From Eimeria praecox (Eukaryota): a DNA stretch of 64,000 bases. The notes beneath the pieces are model-generated. The model made no database searches. It saw only the letters and a program-made list of their open reading frames with translations, and was not told the DNA's origin. The DNA lies in assembly GCA_963920595.1 (NCBI GenBank), contig OY986946.1, positions 7,874,001 through 7,938,000 of the forward strand, read 5' to 3'. Each line of letters begins with the position of its first letter. Position 1 is the first letter of the stretch. Positions 28,451 to 42,800 of the stretch are shown piece by piece. The position numbers and the translations under genes were made by a program.

Positions 28451-30040
28451 TTGAAAGAATAATCGCAAAATAACAAAAAACAGAAAAACAAAACCCAAAA
28501 CACCCTATCGTTCCTTGCAAAATCGTGCGAAATGAAAAGGAAAGCGCACAAATCGCTCACCACTGAAACCTGTCGATACACTCCGATTGCTGGAAAGAGA
28601 ACTGACTTTCAACTAGGGCGTTTGTGGGGAGAATATGAGGTAAATACTCTCAATAATAAGAAGGAAAAGGCTGTTTTTGTGAGGATAGACACAAATAAAC
28701 CATATTTCTGTTGTATTTTAATGCGCTGCTCTATGATTTTGCAAGTGTGCTTGGTGATGCCCTCTGTCGGCATTCATGTTTTTCTATTCATGTCTATAGC
28801 GGCTAGACAGAAGAACCTTCAAGTTTAAAACTCTTTTAAGAGTGAAAAAATGAGTCATTAATATACATTGTTTGCGTATATTTTATACTATCATCACGTA
28901 GACACCGCCGTATTGAACGGTGTTGTCTAAGTTAGTAGCTGAAGATGAAGCATTCTAATGGTAACGAAACCTATCGGAATCGATTTTTCATTACCTCGAA
29001 CTTCAATTATATTTATATTAGCATATATATTTAGAACATTACTAGTTCATTGGATTACCCTCCGTGTTTGTAGTGTCTTGACTTTGTTTACGGAGTTTCA
29101 GACCCCTGCATGGGGATCCTCGTTTTGTTCTTTTGAATATGTTGTTTTTCTTTTGTGTGTTATTTATAATTTTTCATCTAGTTTTTGAGTTTCTGTCTTC
29201 AAGTGTAGTTTCGAGGCCGTCAAAACTGGAGGGCCAACACAGGGCGGTGTATCCTGTTGGGGCTGTGAAAACAACCTGGAGAGTGTATATGATTTGGCGT
29301 TGCTGAAACGTGTATGAATTCCTTTTTTATGTTTATTTTAAGAAAAAATACATTTCATTGTTTTCAATTCTCTCCTTTTCGTTTTGGATGAGGCTTCTCT
29401 CCCCCAGTTTACGTTTGCTTTCCTTGCATCAACGGCGGCGGGACCTTTTCCTTATTTGAATATATATGTATATATTATCTGTACAAGCATCTGTTGCTGG
29501 AGATATGTTTAATCTCCTCTTATTGAGTTATTTTGTTTAGAAAAAACATATGCTTCACAGAGCAGATTCGTTGGCTGCTAGTCGGCCTTAGCAGCTGCAG
29601 GGGAGGACTTGCCTTGTATGGGTTTGGTTTGAGGGAAAGAAAGCATTCTTAGTTGCAATTCAAGGAAAAAAAATTATAATTAGCTGCAATTCTATGCACT
29701 AAATCTGTTAATAACACTCTGCTTGTCGATCCTTATCAGCCTGTGATGCTGTGGTTTTAGGCCTTGTTTGTTTGGTCTCATTTGCATACTCTTGTTTATT
29801 TTCGTTTTATTTCTTTCTTACGTTTCCCTTGTCAACTCCAAGCAAACTGAGAGACCCTGTATTGTTTGTTTTTTCTGTGGGAGGCCTATTAAAAGTCTTT
29901 TTCCCTCCATCTCAACTACTGCACTTCACCAGGCCCTGCAAATCTTCTCTAGAACTCTATATATATCGTTATATCCCTTCTTCTTGCCTCCTTGACTGCC
30001 TCTTCTTCTTTTTATTTTTCTATTTTTTACAAGGAGGACA

Positions 30041-32157
30041 ATGGAGGTCCCTGATCTGTCTCAAATAGACGATGAGGAGGTGTTGACTCTTGTGCTGCTC
30101 GACTCCACACATCCTCAGGTAATTAGGAATCAAATTTGCTGCTAATTCTCTCATTTCCCTATTATCATAATCTCTTTTGCATGCATACGATTTCTTAATA
30201 AGGTATTCGTATATACAAAACATAAACACGAATGACTGCGAATTTGATATTCTGCCTCCCCTCCCCCCCGTGGTGCTCCTGCAGATCGTGGCTACTGCAA
30301 CAGAGATTAAAAATTCTCTCTTAGTGTCGGCAAATCAGGTGAGTTTAAGTCTTTTCCAAAGACCAACAAATTTATTCGTTCATTTATTGCTATTCAGGAC
30401 TTTCTTAAGAGCGTTTCATTTCGTTCGAGAGCCTGAGCAGGCAGTTGTTGATTATTTGTGAAGCCAACTTGATATGTATATATATATATATATATATGTT
30501 CTTGTATATATGTATATATATATATATATTATGTAAGTTTATTTAGGTGGTTTGCACAGATGTTGGCTTTTGGTGGTCTTTCAGATTCTGAAATCACTGG
30601 AGGGGAAGAAGGATTCTTTTGTTCGTTTCTCCGAGAAATCTGCGGCTAGCGAGCCTGAAAATAAAGAAGGAGAGAAGAAAGCCGAAGTAGATATAAGCAG
30701 AGAATATGTGGATGGTTTGTTAAAGAGGGAAAAAGCCGTCGTAGATGCTTCTTTGAAGCGTACCTTCGAACTCGTGAGGCGAATATAGCGTTTGAAGAGT
30801 GTCTTATATTATATAAGCGGCAATTTTATCGGTATTTTGTTTAGTTTTGAATGAATTTATGAGTTTTTTGCTTTATTTTCAGGATGGCATTTCGTTTGAG
30901 GCTATGAATCCCATCTGGGGATCAGAGAAGAGCGTCCGCCAGTCACGCAAATTTCTCGTTCAATTGCTCGAGGTGAATCCAAATTCAAGTTCATATTTTC
31001 TATTTTTCGGTTATTTCCCCTTGTTTTATAAGTTGCCATCAAAATTGCATCTTAATTCAAACATATTGACACCCTTAAACTGCACTGTGGGCCTGGGAAG
31101 AATCCTCTTCAGCATTAGAGGCTAGGGAAGACGTGGTTGCATTCCTCTTACCTTCAGTTGTGTCTGAATTGTTGCGTGAGGTGATGTTGAGTTAAATGAG
31201 GCAAATGACCTTGAAGAAGAGTCTGAAGGTCAAATTACCTACGTCTTACGTTGCATGTTTTGTAGCCTGCTGTATCTTTGGTGTGTATTCCAGAAAATAA
31301 CAAGCAGGGGAGAGGCGATCATAATCTTCCTTTCTTCAGTCTTGTCGAAACTCCCCGCTCCTGCTCCTCCCCCCGCGTCTTCTGAGCCATTAAATTCTTC
31401 AAGAGACACACATTCAAACGAGGGAAGACCTCCAGAGGCTGGCAGAGGCAGAGGCAGAGGGCTGCACCCACCGGGTGCCGGCAGGTCGGCAGACAAATCC
31501 GTACTTTCCCATTGAATTCCTTCATGTAGTCCCTGCAAATTTCCCTAGACGTCATATTTCGAGTGTAAAATACTTTCTAAGCACGCATCAGCGTGTTCGT
31601 GTGTGTACACACACGTCTGATATTCGACTATGTTTGGGCAGGAGATGCTGTGCCTATCGTGTCTCTTGTGTCAAGAATACTGATATTTTCTCGTTTAATT
31701 TGTATGTTTTTGCTTAATTCGCATGCATTGGAGAGTAAATGAAGTGTATTATCTGTCTGAACGTTGCTGGGGTTACACTGCAGGGGACGCGGGGTGCCTT
31801 TGGCTCGAGGGTCCGGCGTCGGCATATCCCCCTTGGCCTCTAGTCCTGATGGAGATAGCGGCTTATCACCTCCAAGCAAGGACGGGAGCGAAGAAGGGGG
31901 CAGAATGCACCGGAAACATGAGCGAGATGACAGCCCCGATGACACCACTCAAAGACGCTGGAAGAAGAAACAGCCGTCGAATGTTGACTGGATGCTCAAA
32001 TGCAAGACAAAACTTTTCGAGCTGAAGGAACGAACTGCCAAAAAAGCCATATCAGACGTATTCCTAACGGAACGGGTCCGAGCAAGGAATGCATATATAA
32101 ATACTTCAACAATACTCACGTGCATCGGCTGCTTCTAGAATAGTTATTCTGCATTCA

Positions 32158-32229
<72 letters not shown>

Positions 32230-32461
32230 TGCACGCATCCCGTTTGGAAGCTTATGTTTCTTTGCTTACAAACAAATGCTGCAAACATATATTTGCAATT
32301 TAGCTGAGAGAAGCTGCAAGCATATACGCACTCAGTTGCCTGTGACTTCTCCTCCAGACGCTTCAGGAAACAATTTCCTTTATGGACCACAATGCAACTA
32401 AGCTGGAAGGGGTTGCAGCAAAGAACCCGTCGGACTTCGCCGCTGAAGAGTGAGATCCCAA

Positions 32462-32547
<86 letters not shown>

Positions 32548-33251
32548 GCATATTGTGTTTGTAGAAAAGCCTTTGATATTGCTTTCATAATTGATTCCTT
32601 TGGTTCTTGCGATTTGATGCGCAGCCGCCGCGTTTTCATGCAGAGCATCGAGTCGTATATCGCGGGATTGGAGAGGGTAAATGAATCAGAATTAGAATAG
32701 CTAATATGATTTGCTCATGAAATGCCTCTAATTCGATTATATATAATTTGTTGACGCACAATTAAAATTTCCTCTGTATAAAGATCTACTAAGGTGGAAA
32801 AATGCCGCTTGCTTGAGTCGCACGGAAGATGGTTGTTGCTGCTTCTTGTTTGTAAATGCATGTTGGCTCCTCTGCCCCTTCTTAATTCCTCTTAAGCTTT
32901 GTCTCTCTTCCTCACGTTGTAATTTGCACCTGTCTGTGCGGAGTGCATGCAGGCACTGATGCTTTTGGCGAAAGAAACTTTGAACAAACGCCAGTTAATG
33001 GGTCTCTTCGACAGTGCTGTGAAGGTTGAACGGCTAACGACGCCTTCGGAGCTGTTGACAGAAATGTAAGGATTCCTCTGCCTTAGGCCTACCCCAAAAG
33101 AGCAGTTCTAGATACCAATTAGCAATGAGGTCAAGTACAAGCACTGCGTATATTCTCTAGGGATTTAGCTAACGCAGCCGGCAGCAATGTGCGCTACCTG
33201 CGGCAGGAGGAGCATCATTTCCCTTCTGAACACTTTCGCCTACATGCCTAA
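30041..33251 (+). CDS. Hypothetical multi-exon protein (helical segments plus a Pro/Gly/Arg-rich disordered region)
   Basis: Coding islands bounded by AG/GT: MEVPDLSQIDDEEVLTLVLLDSTHPQ (30041-30118), ~30286-30338, ~30585-30773, ~30883-30972, ~31340-, ~31784-32076, ~32358-, ~32635-32677, ~32953-33065, and a final exon ending HFRLHA* at 33251. No family recognised; internal structure approximate. Confidence 0.55.
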
Positions 33252-33647
33252 AATGGACGACGACGACTAAACAAGAGCTAACATTTTCTTTTCTGTTTTC
33301 CTCTAATTTCTACTGGAACAGTGCCCTGTGGTTCCCCCATGATCGTGGGCGCAACGTAACAACAACACCAGCGGCGACAGCCTACATAGCAGTATTAATA
33401 ATAATCAATTATGATTTAACTAACAAATAGCCAGCTGGAGCGATCAGAAACTCGCAATTTTAGGAAGCACCCCTAGATAGAGCTTTCCCCTTCCGCTAAT
33501 TCTACGCATCCAGAAGAAGAACAAACACGGAAATAAATTGTGACAGTTTAACTGTAAAGAGGAGCAGACAACCGGTCTGTCGCGTCCTGTCGCTCCCCTT
33601 CCCCCTCTTCTTCTGGCGTTGCCCTCACTTGGGCGGCCAAAAATGTA

Positions 33648-36269
33648 TTATGTTCCGTATCGCTTTCTGTTGAAAGGAGGAAGCGAAGATTCGTTTGGTG
33701 TGCCCGTACTCAACATCTCCAGCAAAACAAGGGCGCGGCTGCAGGGCCCATTTGCGAGAGGAAGCATTTGAGTTGCTGTTGGCACATCGCACTTTTCGAG
33801 TGCAAATCCAACGAAACCCTTATTATCGCTTTGGCGGAGCAACCGCGCCGTATGGGCAATGCTGTTAAACATTCGTTTTCTGCCGCTGCTCTCAGCAGGA
33901 GCATCTCTATCCCCTCCTCTCTGATGACTGATAGGCGAGTCGCCGGGCGTAGTGGCGGTTGAACGGGTGCTGTCGGTGCCGCCCGGGGTCGCTCCGCAGG
34001 GGGAGCCCTGTGAGCTCCAAAGGCCTCTCAACTCCTCCTTACTTTCAGGGCCAGAAAGCGAAGCAGGAAGGACCCGAGGCACGCAGAATGGAGTTGCATA
34101 CACTGGAGGGGCCGAGATCATCACAGAACGTTGACCCCGCAGCTTCTTCAGCTGGCGAGGAAACGAACGCTGAAAAAAACAACACACACCACGACATCAG
34201 CTACTAACATACGCGCTGTCCTTACTGTCTCCAAGACAGAGGCTTATTACCGTGCAATTCATAAAGGGCCCCAGGCCGACTGATGTGGGTCGCCGCACCG
34301 TTTGCGATGAATAGCCGTTGGCCTGGCAATCCCTGTCCTCCTCTGAGTCGCTGCTCAGATTCAAAAGTCTTATTTCTTTTCCCTCCTCCTTCTGAGGTCT
34401 GCTGTCCGCGTCCATAGACGCCGCTACATCACCCAGTGACAGTTTATATAAGCTTGAAGGCGTCATGCACAGCACGTACTCCGTCCCTTCCTCTTCCACC
34501 CACTTGCAGTGCACAATCGATCCATCCTCTCGCGAAAGCTGACGTGCAGGGATCTGTACAGCGGATGAAACAACATAAACGCATTCAAGGCACACTGGTG
34601 CATGCAGGAGATGCAGGCGCGAACAGTCAAAAACAGAGAGGCAACAACTGCACAAGTCCACGCATGTGGACCCTGCCATTTGCCTTCTCCTTCAGTTTAT
34701 TAAGTTATCTGTTCTGCGTGGATAAAAGGAAAAGGCATCATTTTTAGTCTCAACTCTAGTGCTTCTTACCGAGCGGACACTCCGTCGTTGTCTTTGCGGT
34801 TTTCTGTTTTTTGCATCTACTTTTCCCTCGCATTTGCTGTTGTTGTCGTTGCTCTTACTTTGAGAGGCATCGAGTTCGTTTGGCTCCGTAAGGAAGTAAC
34901 CGTTGCGAGTCCCCAGCACGAACAGCCTCGTCGAATCGGGGGAAAAGCAGAAGTTCGCTACATTTTCTCCCCTTCTAAAGATATTTGGCAAGAAGTATAC
35001 CAATTCCAAGGAGTCAACGTCAAATACGAAGATGGAGCTGTTGCTGTTGAGGCACCCGAGCTTCTTCCCATCAGGGCTCAAGTCCATATAGACAACCGCT
35101 GAACACATCACAGCAGCACACAAGCAACGGAACTGACGGTACAGCAATTACGATTTTGAACACGCGCTGTACACAAATCTGTTTCGAAGTAAACAGGATC
35201 CCACCGCCGTCAAGGAACTAGGAACACTGCGTGCTTTCAGGAGAGAAACAAGCGGGCTTACGGAAGGGGAGGTCCCTGACAGACGCCAGCTCCATTCCAG
35301 TGGAGATTTTGACGAAAGAAATACAAAAACTGCCGTCAGTTTCCCCCAAACGATCGGGTAGAGCTTCAGTCTCCCGTAGACTGGGGACATCTTTGCAAAT
35401 CCACTTCTTCGAAGTGGCGGAACAGCATTCATCTTCCGTCTTCCCTCGGCCTTTTTGCGTCTTTTCAGCGGCGCCATTCGCCGCTGAATCGCTCGTTGAG
35501 GCAGAGCCAGCGGCCTTGCCACCTTCGCGCAGGCGACGGTAATTTGTCGTCTTTCTTTTTTTGTTCGAAAAGAAACAGCATGCAAGAACACTGCGAGAAA
35601 CAAACTGTAGAGCCGTCACCATCTCCTTTATTCGGCAAGCCCCTAGGCATTGCAAATCCTGAATCTCCAGCTGAAGCAAGCGTACAACGCGCATTTGCAA
35701 ATACATGTACGATATCTGCATAGAGTGTGCGCATAGTACATTTGTATAAATGCATTTGCATATGTATATATATATATATATATATATATGACTCAAAACA
35801 GTCATTACAACTATGGAGAGGCAGCGGGTTGAGGCTAGACTGCCAATGCCCTGAGATCGTGCCTTCTAACCTCTTTGACATGGAAGCCAAAAAGATGCAG
35901 CCCGTCGTTGCTCCCCACGGCTAGCAGCTGTCCGTCTTTTGCAGCATCGCAGCAGTTTATCTTGGATTGTTTCTGCAGGGATATTTTCGCAAGTTTGATT
36001 AAAGGAGACTGTGGGGATTCGGCCGATGTATTTTCGTCCCTCGCGCCACCGCCATTAAGCGCTTCGTCTTCGATGTGCCTGAAACAAAGAAAACCAGCAT
36101 CCTCTGTGCATGAAGTAAATACTATCAGTCAGTATAATGTAGGGAAAGTAGGCAGCAAACAGAAAGACCAGCTCATTTGAACCCGATCGCCCATGGAACG
36201 TCTATAAAGATGCCATATGCAGTTCACATATATAATATATATTATATAATATGCATATATGTATATATA

Positions 36270-36365
<96 letters not shown>

Positions 36366-37870
36366 TATTTTAGGCCTAGGATTCGACTCGTCTTCGGCTT
36401 CAACTGCGCACCATATTCCGATTTCAGTAGAAGACGGACACACCAACAGCCGCTTCTTCCAAATGACTTTCGGCCGCTGGAGGCCCCGAAGAGAAGGAGA
36501 TAAGCAGAAGGGCAAGCAAGGTGCTTTAAGACCCTGAAGAACAGCAAACCCCACACGAGAAGACGCTAAACAGCCCGTTGCAGGCAGCTGCAGTTGTGTA
36601 TGAATCGACACCGAATATATGATGCTCGATCTCATACAGTCGTCCTGCAACCTACCGCCAGCTCTGTGAGGTTTCGCATCCACTTTATGCTTCCATCTGC
36701 AGCCCCAGTGACAATCAAAGAACCATCAGGACCCCCCGGGACTCTGGGTAAGCAAGCAAGGGCTTGGCTATCGCATAAATGCGGATATCGGCAGGCGCGA
36801 ACGACCCATCGATCCTCCTGCACAACAACCCAACACTTGTCAAAAACGCCATATCTGTGGTGCTGCTGCTGCTGAAACTGCTGGAGCTGCTGCTGCTGCT
36901 GCTGCTGCTGTCGTGACTCCTGCTGCTGATATGGGTACAGAGGATGTCTCGAAAAAGAAAGACAGGAGGAGAGTAGGGAAATAGCTTTTCACTGTTCATT
37001 GTAAGGGTCTGTTGGCTGCTATGTATTGCTGTTTATGGATTAGCCGCCTGACCTCCGTCCTGCTTATTGCAGATAGCTTTCCATCAACGCCCACGGAGAG
37101 GACAACTTCTTCTTTTCGTTTGACAGTTGGGGCGTCGCCGTGGCAATGATCAGCTATCAAGCTGTCTATACAAACCATCAGCTGCATATCCAGCACGTCA
37201 GCAACGTGCACATGCAGAGTTTGCAAAGCTACGCAAGTAGGCAAACACCACAGAGTTATGCGTCCCCGGCTGTCACCGCTTAGCAGCAGAGAGCGGCGGC
37301 GGAGAGCCCTCAAATTCCAGACGAGGGTAGTATTGCCTGAAACGCAGAAGACAGCCGAAACAATATAACTATTCAATAAGACCGATTCGACAAAACACGT
37401 AAATAACACACAAAAAAACAGGAAAACTGGGGCTGACACCCATCGTTGACTTGATGCTGAGACGAGGTCAGTCACTCATAGCTGCCTATACACCTCAACG
37501 AAAATATTGAACTCTCTTCAACTGTTAAAGCTCTAATCGTATTCTGCAAGAACACTACAAGACGAAAATCATCTGTGTATTGCAAACTTGGATATTTCGA
37601 AGGCCACAGACTCCTCGACAGCAACCCTAAGCCCTCAGAGTGCGATAAATAAATAAAGAAGATGATCTACTTCAACCCACTCTCCGACTTGTCTCCTGTT
37701 AAAGGTCCGTTCTCCAGTGCCATCTGCCCATCTGCCGTGAAGGCACTGTGCTCCCCAGATCGTGAAAACCTTAAAATGCTAGAAGAGGCATTTCCAGCAA
37801 ATATCAAATCGCGGGAATACCAGCAAACCGACAGTAGACGGCCTGACCACACACACACACACACACGCGC

Positions 37871-37937
<67 letters not shown>

Positions 37938-39270
37938 CGCGTGTGTATATAGAGAGACAAATGTCATAAAACCCGTGCACGCAGCGGCTCTGTGTTTCGA
38001 TGCATGCATCTATCAAACACCGCCTGGCCCGCCATTTCCTTCTTCCCCTTCTTTCTGCTGCACTACATTTCACCCCCTTAGCCGGTGTGCCCTCAATTCA
38101 TCTTTGTGGGACAGCCACCCCCGTTGAAGTGTATTCGGTAGCAATCAAAGGTGTTTTGAAGGGAAGAGAACAATAAACCTGCAGTGTATACTGTGTGTGT
38201 TTGGCCTCAACGGACTTTTGGTCTTCGGAAGAGTATGTGTAACGTGTATTTCCTCGGCAGAGTCATTGTCACTTGAGAGCATTCCTGCATACGGATCGTC
38301 TCTTCCCTCACGACAGGCTTTATCAGCCGTTCCTGAGACGTGAAGGAGTCGAACGCGGCCATCATCGCATGCAGCAGCGAATGATGGAAGCCCCATTTCG
38401 GGGGGACAGCGAGAGAGAGAGAAAACAGCGCCGCCATTTGAAGGACACTCGGCCTGTTAGGTTGATACAAAGCAGCACACGCAGAGGCTATGCCTGCATG
38501 TCTCGGAGATGCAGGAATTCAAGACATCATGGCCTTCAATTCTTAAATAACCATGAAATGAGGAAATACTAAAAGACACGGCAACGCCTTCCCCCCCCCC
38601 CCACCCCCACCCCTTTTCTCTCGTGATACGTTCCTTCTGTTCTGCTGAAATCATAGACTCGCACCTGTACGCGGCAAGTGCGGAGGTTCCAAGATGTAAT
38701 TACACCATGAAGCCCAGTTGTTATGAGACGCCACTCAAAAAGGGAAATGGTGGTGATCTCGTTGAGGTCCCTATGGTCTGCAGTGGCATCGCCTGTCTCA
38801 CACGCTGCTGAAGACGCGGCCGCCCCCGAGGTCAGAGGCAGCCAAATGATGTTCCGCACGGAGCTGCACGAAGCTGTTGACAGCCTCTGTACAGAAAATC
38901 AAAGAAAAAGCCGTGCTAAATACATAAATTCACGGAAGGTACGAGTCCTCACGCAGGATGAAGGCGGAGCGCATCAGCCTACAGAGTTGTGAAGTGAGCG
39001 CCACCGCACACTTACCAGTTTTAAATGGCGGCTAACGGAACTGAAAACCTCAACTGTGCCGCTTGATCTGCCGACTGCCAGCCACCGACCGTCAGGACTG
39101 AATTGTAGGGCCTCCACACTGGATGGCGGTTGGCTGTCGATACACCTGAAACGAGGAACAGAACGGCATTCTACACGAATCGCTCAAGTCCATATCCGCG
39201 CTCCTGTGCAGCCGAAAATAGATAAATATGTAGTATTCCCCTACCTGCATGATAATATCGCCGTTTCCAT
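33648..39270 (-). CDS. UTP4: WD40-repeat SSU processome component UTP4/Cirhin-like; multi-exon
   Basis: The spliced N-terminus [43 protein letters not shown] is followed by [27 protein letters not shown]...[32 protein letters not shown]...HVADVL and [10 protein letters not shown]. This order matches UTP4/Cirhin. The 3' end is taken from ORF 33648-34187. Confidence 0.75.
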
Positions 39271-39899
39271 TTTTGCATTCCTTTGAATCCGAGCTCGGCT
39301 CCCTGCAACCTCGGAGATGGGAGGACTGTAGCTCGTCCTGTTCCCGTGCAGTTACACCACTTCCCAACGTCTCTCTACATAAGAACAAGAAAAGCTTTCA
39401 AGAATCCCCTATGAAAGAATCAGCAATAAGTTGTTAACTTGCATCGATGGGGCCGGCTCTTGCATGCGGCAAAGCCCGGCGTTCCTTCGGCGAAAACCAT
39501 AGAAAGCTGGTCTTCAATTTGGGCAACTTGAGCCTTATGTTGGGGTCTAAATATTAAATAGCATAAGTACAAGAAGGAAAAGGTAGCTGTCGGCTCGAGC
39601 AGCCATGCAATAGACTGTGCAATCGGCCTGTAAGCCAGTGAGGGGTGATGAACGGCTGCAGCCCCATATGCACGTCGGCAGGAGAAAAAATTCGTCGTTA
39701 AGTTTCTGCACGTTAAATTCACTAATCTAATCTTTTTTTGAAGAAGGAATATCCGGAACAGGGGGCTGACGGAAGTCGTTCTAGCTCCCCCACTATAACA
39801 TCTTCCTTACTTCTAACCTCGTTAACGTTGTGGTAAAGAGAGCCCTCGTCGTACCGCACAACAATTGTGAGCGGCAGTAGAGTCAAAGCAGTCAAGACA

Positions 39900-42800
39900 A
39901 GAGTCCTCCTAAGCACATGACCCCCCTTGGAGTCTCCATAAGCCCTGGGCACAGCGGCCCAAGGGCCTGGTTTGGCGAGGCTTCTCCCTCGTAGATTAGG
40001 ATCGCAACGAGCTGCGGTGGAGTCGAAGCCTTACAAAAGAGTCCCCCCAAAACAGATATCCTCCCATCCGGCCCTCACGATGCCTGGGCACAGCGGACTA
40101 CGGGTCTGGGGGTGGTGTAGACGGGTGGCCCGGCATGAGCTGCAACGCACCTTGTAGCATACTCTCCGTGATGGTAGAACTCGTATCACTACTTGCTTGC
40201 AGGCTGACTATGGAAGATCAAGCAGCTGTTTGAAGATAGTCTACACAACTGTCCACACTGGTAGAGCCTGTAGCGGATGGGCATTGATGGTGCGTGAATG
40301 TATGGCTGCCTTGCCGTACTACCTGCATCCACCAGCCCAGCCCCTTGGGCATCAGTGAACTGGCCGCTTCAGAGGAGGTCAGATGCCTTTTGTTGGCTTT
40401 CCCTTCATCTCCTTCACTGTTGCAGCTCATGAGGTTGCTTGGCTAAGACAGAGGACTCTGGTTACAGACCTCGCTGCAGCTAGTGCTGTAAGGCAACAAC
40501 ACGTGCGCGTACAACCAATCTCTCCTTTGGTACATGCTCCAGCATTGCAGACTGTAGTGTAAATAGTTCTTAAATACGTAATTGGTCCTCCGTAGTCCAC
40601 CTGCGAGCAATCAGAGGCGTGATTACCACTATCACGCAAAGCATTCTGCATGCGTGGTCTGTCATTGTGATGTGGGTTCCCGACCTTGGCTGAGGCTGCC
40701 AAGAGCTACAATGTAAACACCTGGTTAGAAAAATGCCCCCCAAATGCAGGCGACCTTCCCTCTATTCTATAGGTTTCCTGCACACAGAAGCCTGTTCACC
40801 TGAGGCTGGCACGTAGGCGATCCAGGTTATTTTTAGCTGCAAAGCCTGCAGCAAGTATTGCAAGAACCACTAGTTTCATTTAGAGCGATCCAATGCTCCG
40901 CTGTGCCTATGCACGTCTGCAGTCGCTGATGTCGAGTCAAGCAGGGCACGATAACGTTCCCGAGGAACTGATTCGCACAAGCAATTGTCCGAAACCAACT
41001 AGGGCTGTCAGCCTCCTGGATACTAAGCGTAATATTCGTGTTTTGTGTGGCTCCTGCGAATGGTCACGCGAGTGTCCTGGATCTGAGCCGCCTTGAGCTG
41101 TTCCGTCTCACAAATGGCGTTGAGTGCAGGAATTTTTCGGTTACTCCGTAGAATGCCTGAATAAATCAGCATTCTTAGTATAATGGGAGAGCATTTTAAA
41201 GTAAAGAAGGCTGATCACATATTGGCGCGGTTTCGGATCAAACGGCTAGACCGGTAGGCTTTCGGGAGAGTGTGTTTGCATTGCTGTTGTAGTAAGCTGG
41301 GCCGTGCTCTACTCCTACGTATATCCCCTTAACAGCTATCTAGATGCATTCCATCCTCTAATCACTAAAGACACCGAAACATGCGTTAAAACGTCTAGGG
41401 CATTCACTCTAAAAGTCTCCCATGAAAGCAAGCACACTCCCCCGAGAACATTTTCGTTCCCTTCGGTGTGCTAAGACCGGCTGGCAGTGTCAGCAGCACT
41501 GCCAGATCTATGCTTTGCACCTAGTTGTTATGTAGCATACGTCTAATCTCCCCTTGAGCTAAGTTTCCTATCTTGTCATATTTCCAGAATCACAGTAGCT
41601 GTTCTTACTCTGATGCGTCTAACCTCGGGAGTTGGTTTCTGCGCAACATTCTAGTGCTGTGCATTCGAGATCCCCTCGGCATACTTGATTGTTCAGGGTT
41701 TAGGGTTCAGGCAAAACCACCGAACAACTCATTCATTAACGAAGCCATGAAAAATCCTCATCAGGTGCATCAGGGACAATGATTGGTTTGAACAATAAAA
41801 TTGTTGCCATACAAATAGTGCCGGCGCTTTTGTGCATCAGACAGGCCATCAGACAATGCAAAGCTTCTTCTCACGCACTGGATACTTCTACTCTCTTCTC
41901 TCATGCCATTAAACGATGGGACAAGCAGGAGTTTTTCTGGTGGTTTGTCGAGTTGCATGCGAATTAAGACAGCTTCACCTCCATTGCTATGCCACTGATG
42001 CCACTTGCTGGGAAGAGGTATGTAGAAAACATGGGGCGCATTTATTGAAGAGGATGCTAGGTACCTGATGAGGCTTCTGGCAGCCCCTTCTTCAGTCGCT
42101 GTTCAAAATCATGTCTATCCTTCATGCCTAGCTTCCTTAAAGCGGACGCAATGCAAAGCGATGTGAGCAAAGCCATGGATAAAGCGATTCGAAGCCGACT
42201 AACTTCTTAACGGCCGCGATAGTGTGCACGGTTTGTGGGTAAGTCCCCATGGCTATATCCTCTCCGGATCTGGTGTAACCGCAACTGCAGAGGCATGAAA
42301 CCTTCATAAGCGAAGTGTTAGCATGAAAGCAAAATTATAAGTGCCTTAGCGAATAAAGCTTTTCACATGGCATTTGCAGCGCACGCTTCAGGTTCTGCAA
42401 GTGCTCCTGCGAATCCTGGCTGAACGCCAACACGTCATTCATGCGTACAACCCTCCACTCCTAGCCCAAAGCAGTTACGACTAACCTGTAGCTACAATTC
42501 TGCATAAGCACGCACTAGCATACAGGACACACAACGCAATCTAGTATGCGAGGGCGGGTGTGAAACGCAGCTTTGTCCCTGTCGCCTGGATGCTTTGGAA
42601 CTGCGCCTACGCATGAGCGAAGCCAGATGATGAATTTACTACTGCTGGAATCCGGCAGGAAGCCTAGTAGTTAGTCAACCCGATACATCGGAAGCATTTA
42701 TTTCGGTAGACACTACTGAACGACTGGAAGTCGGCCTACGTGAATCTCCTCTCCTCATTCTTCTTCGACAACACCGACCGAACTGCGTCCATAGCAGCTC

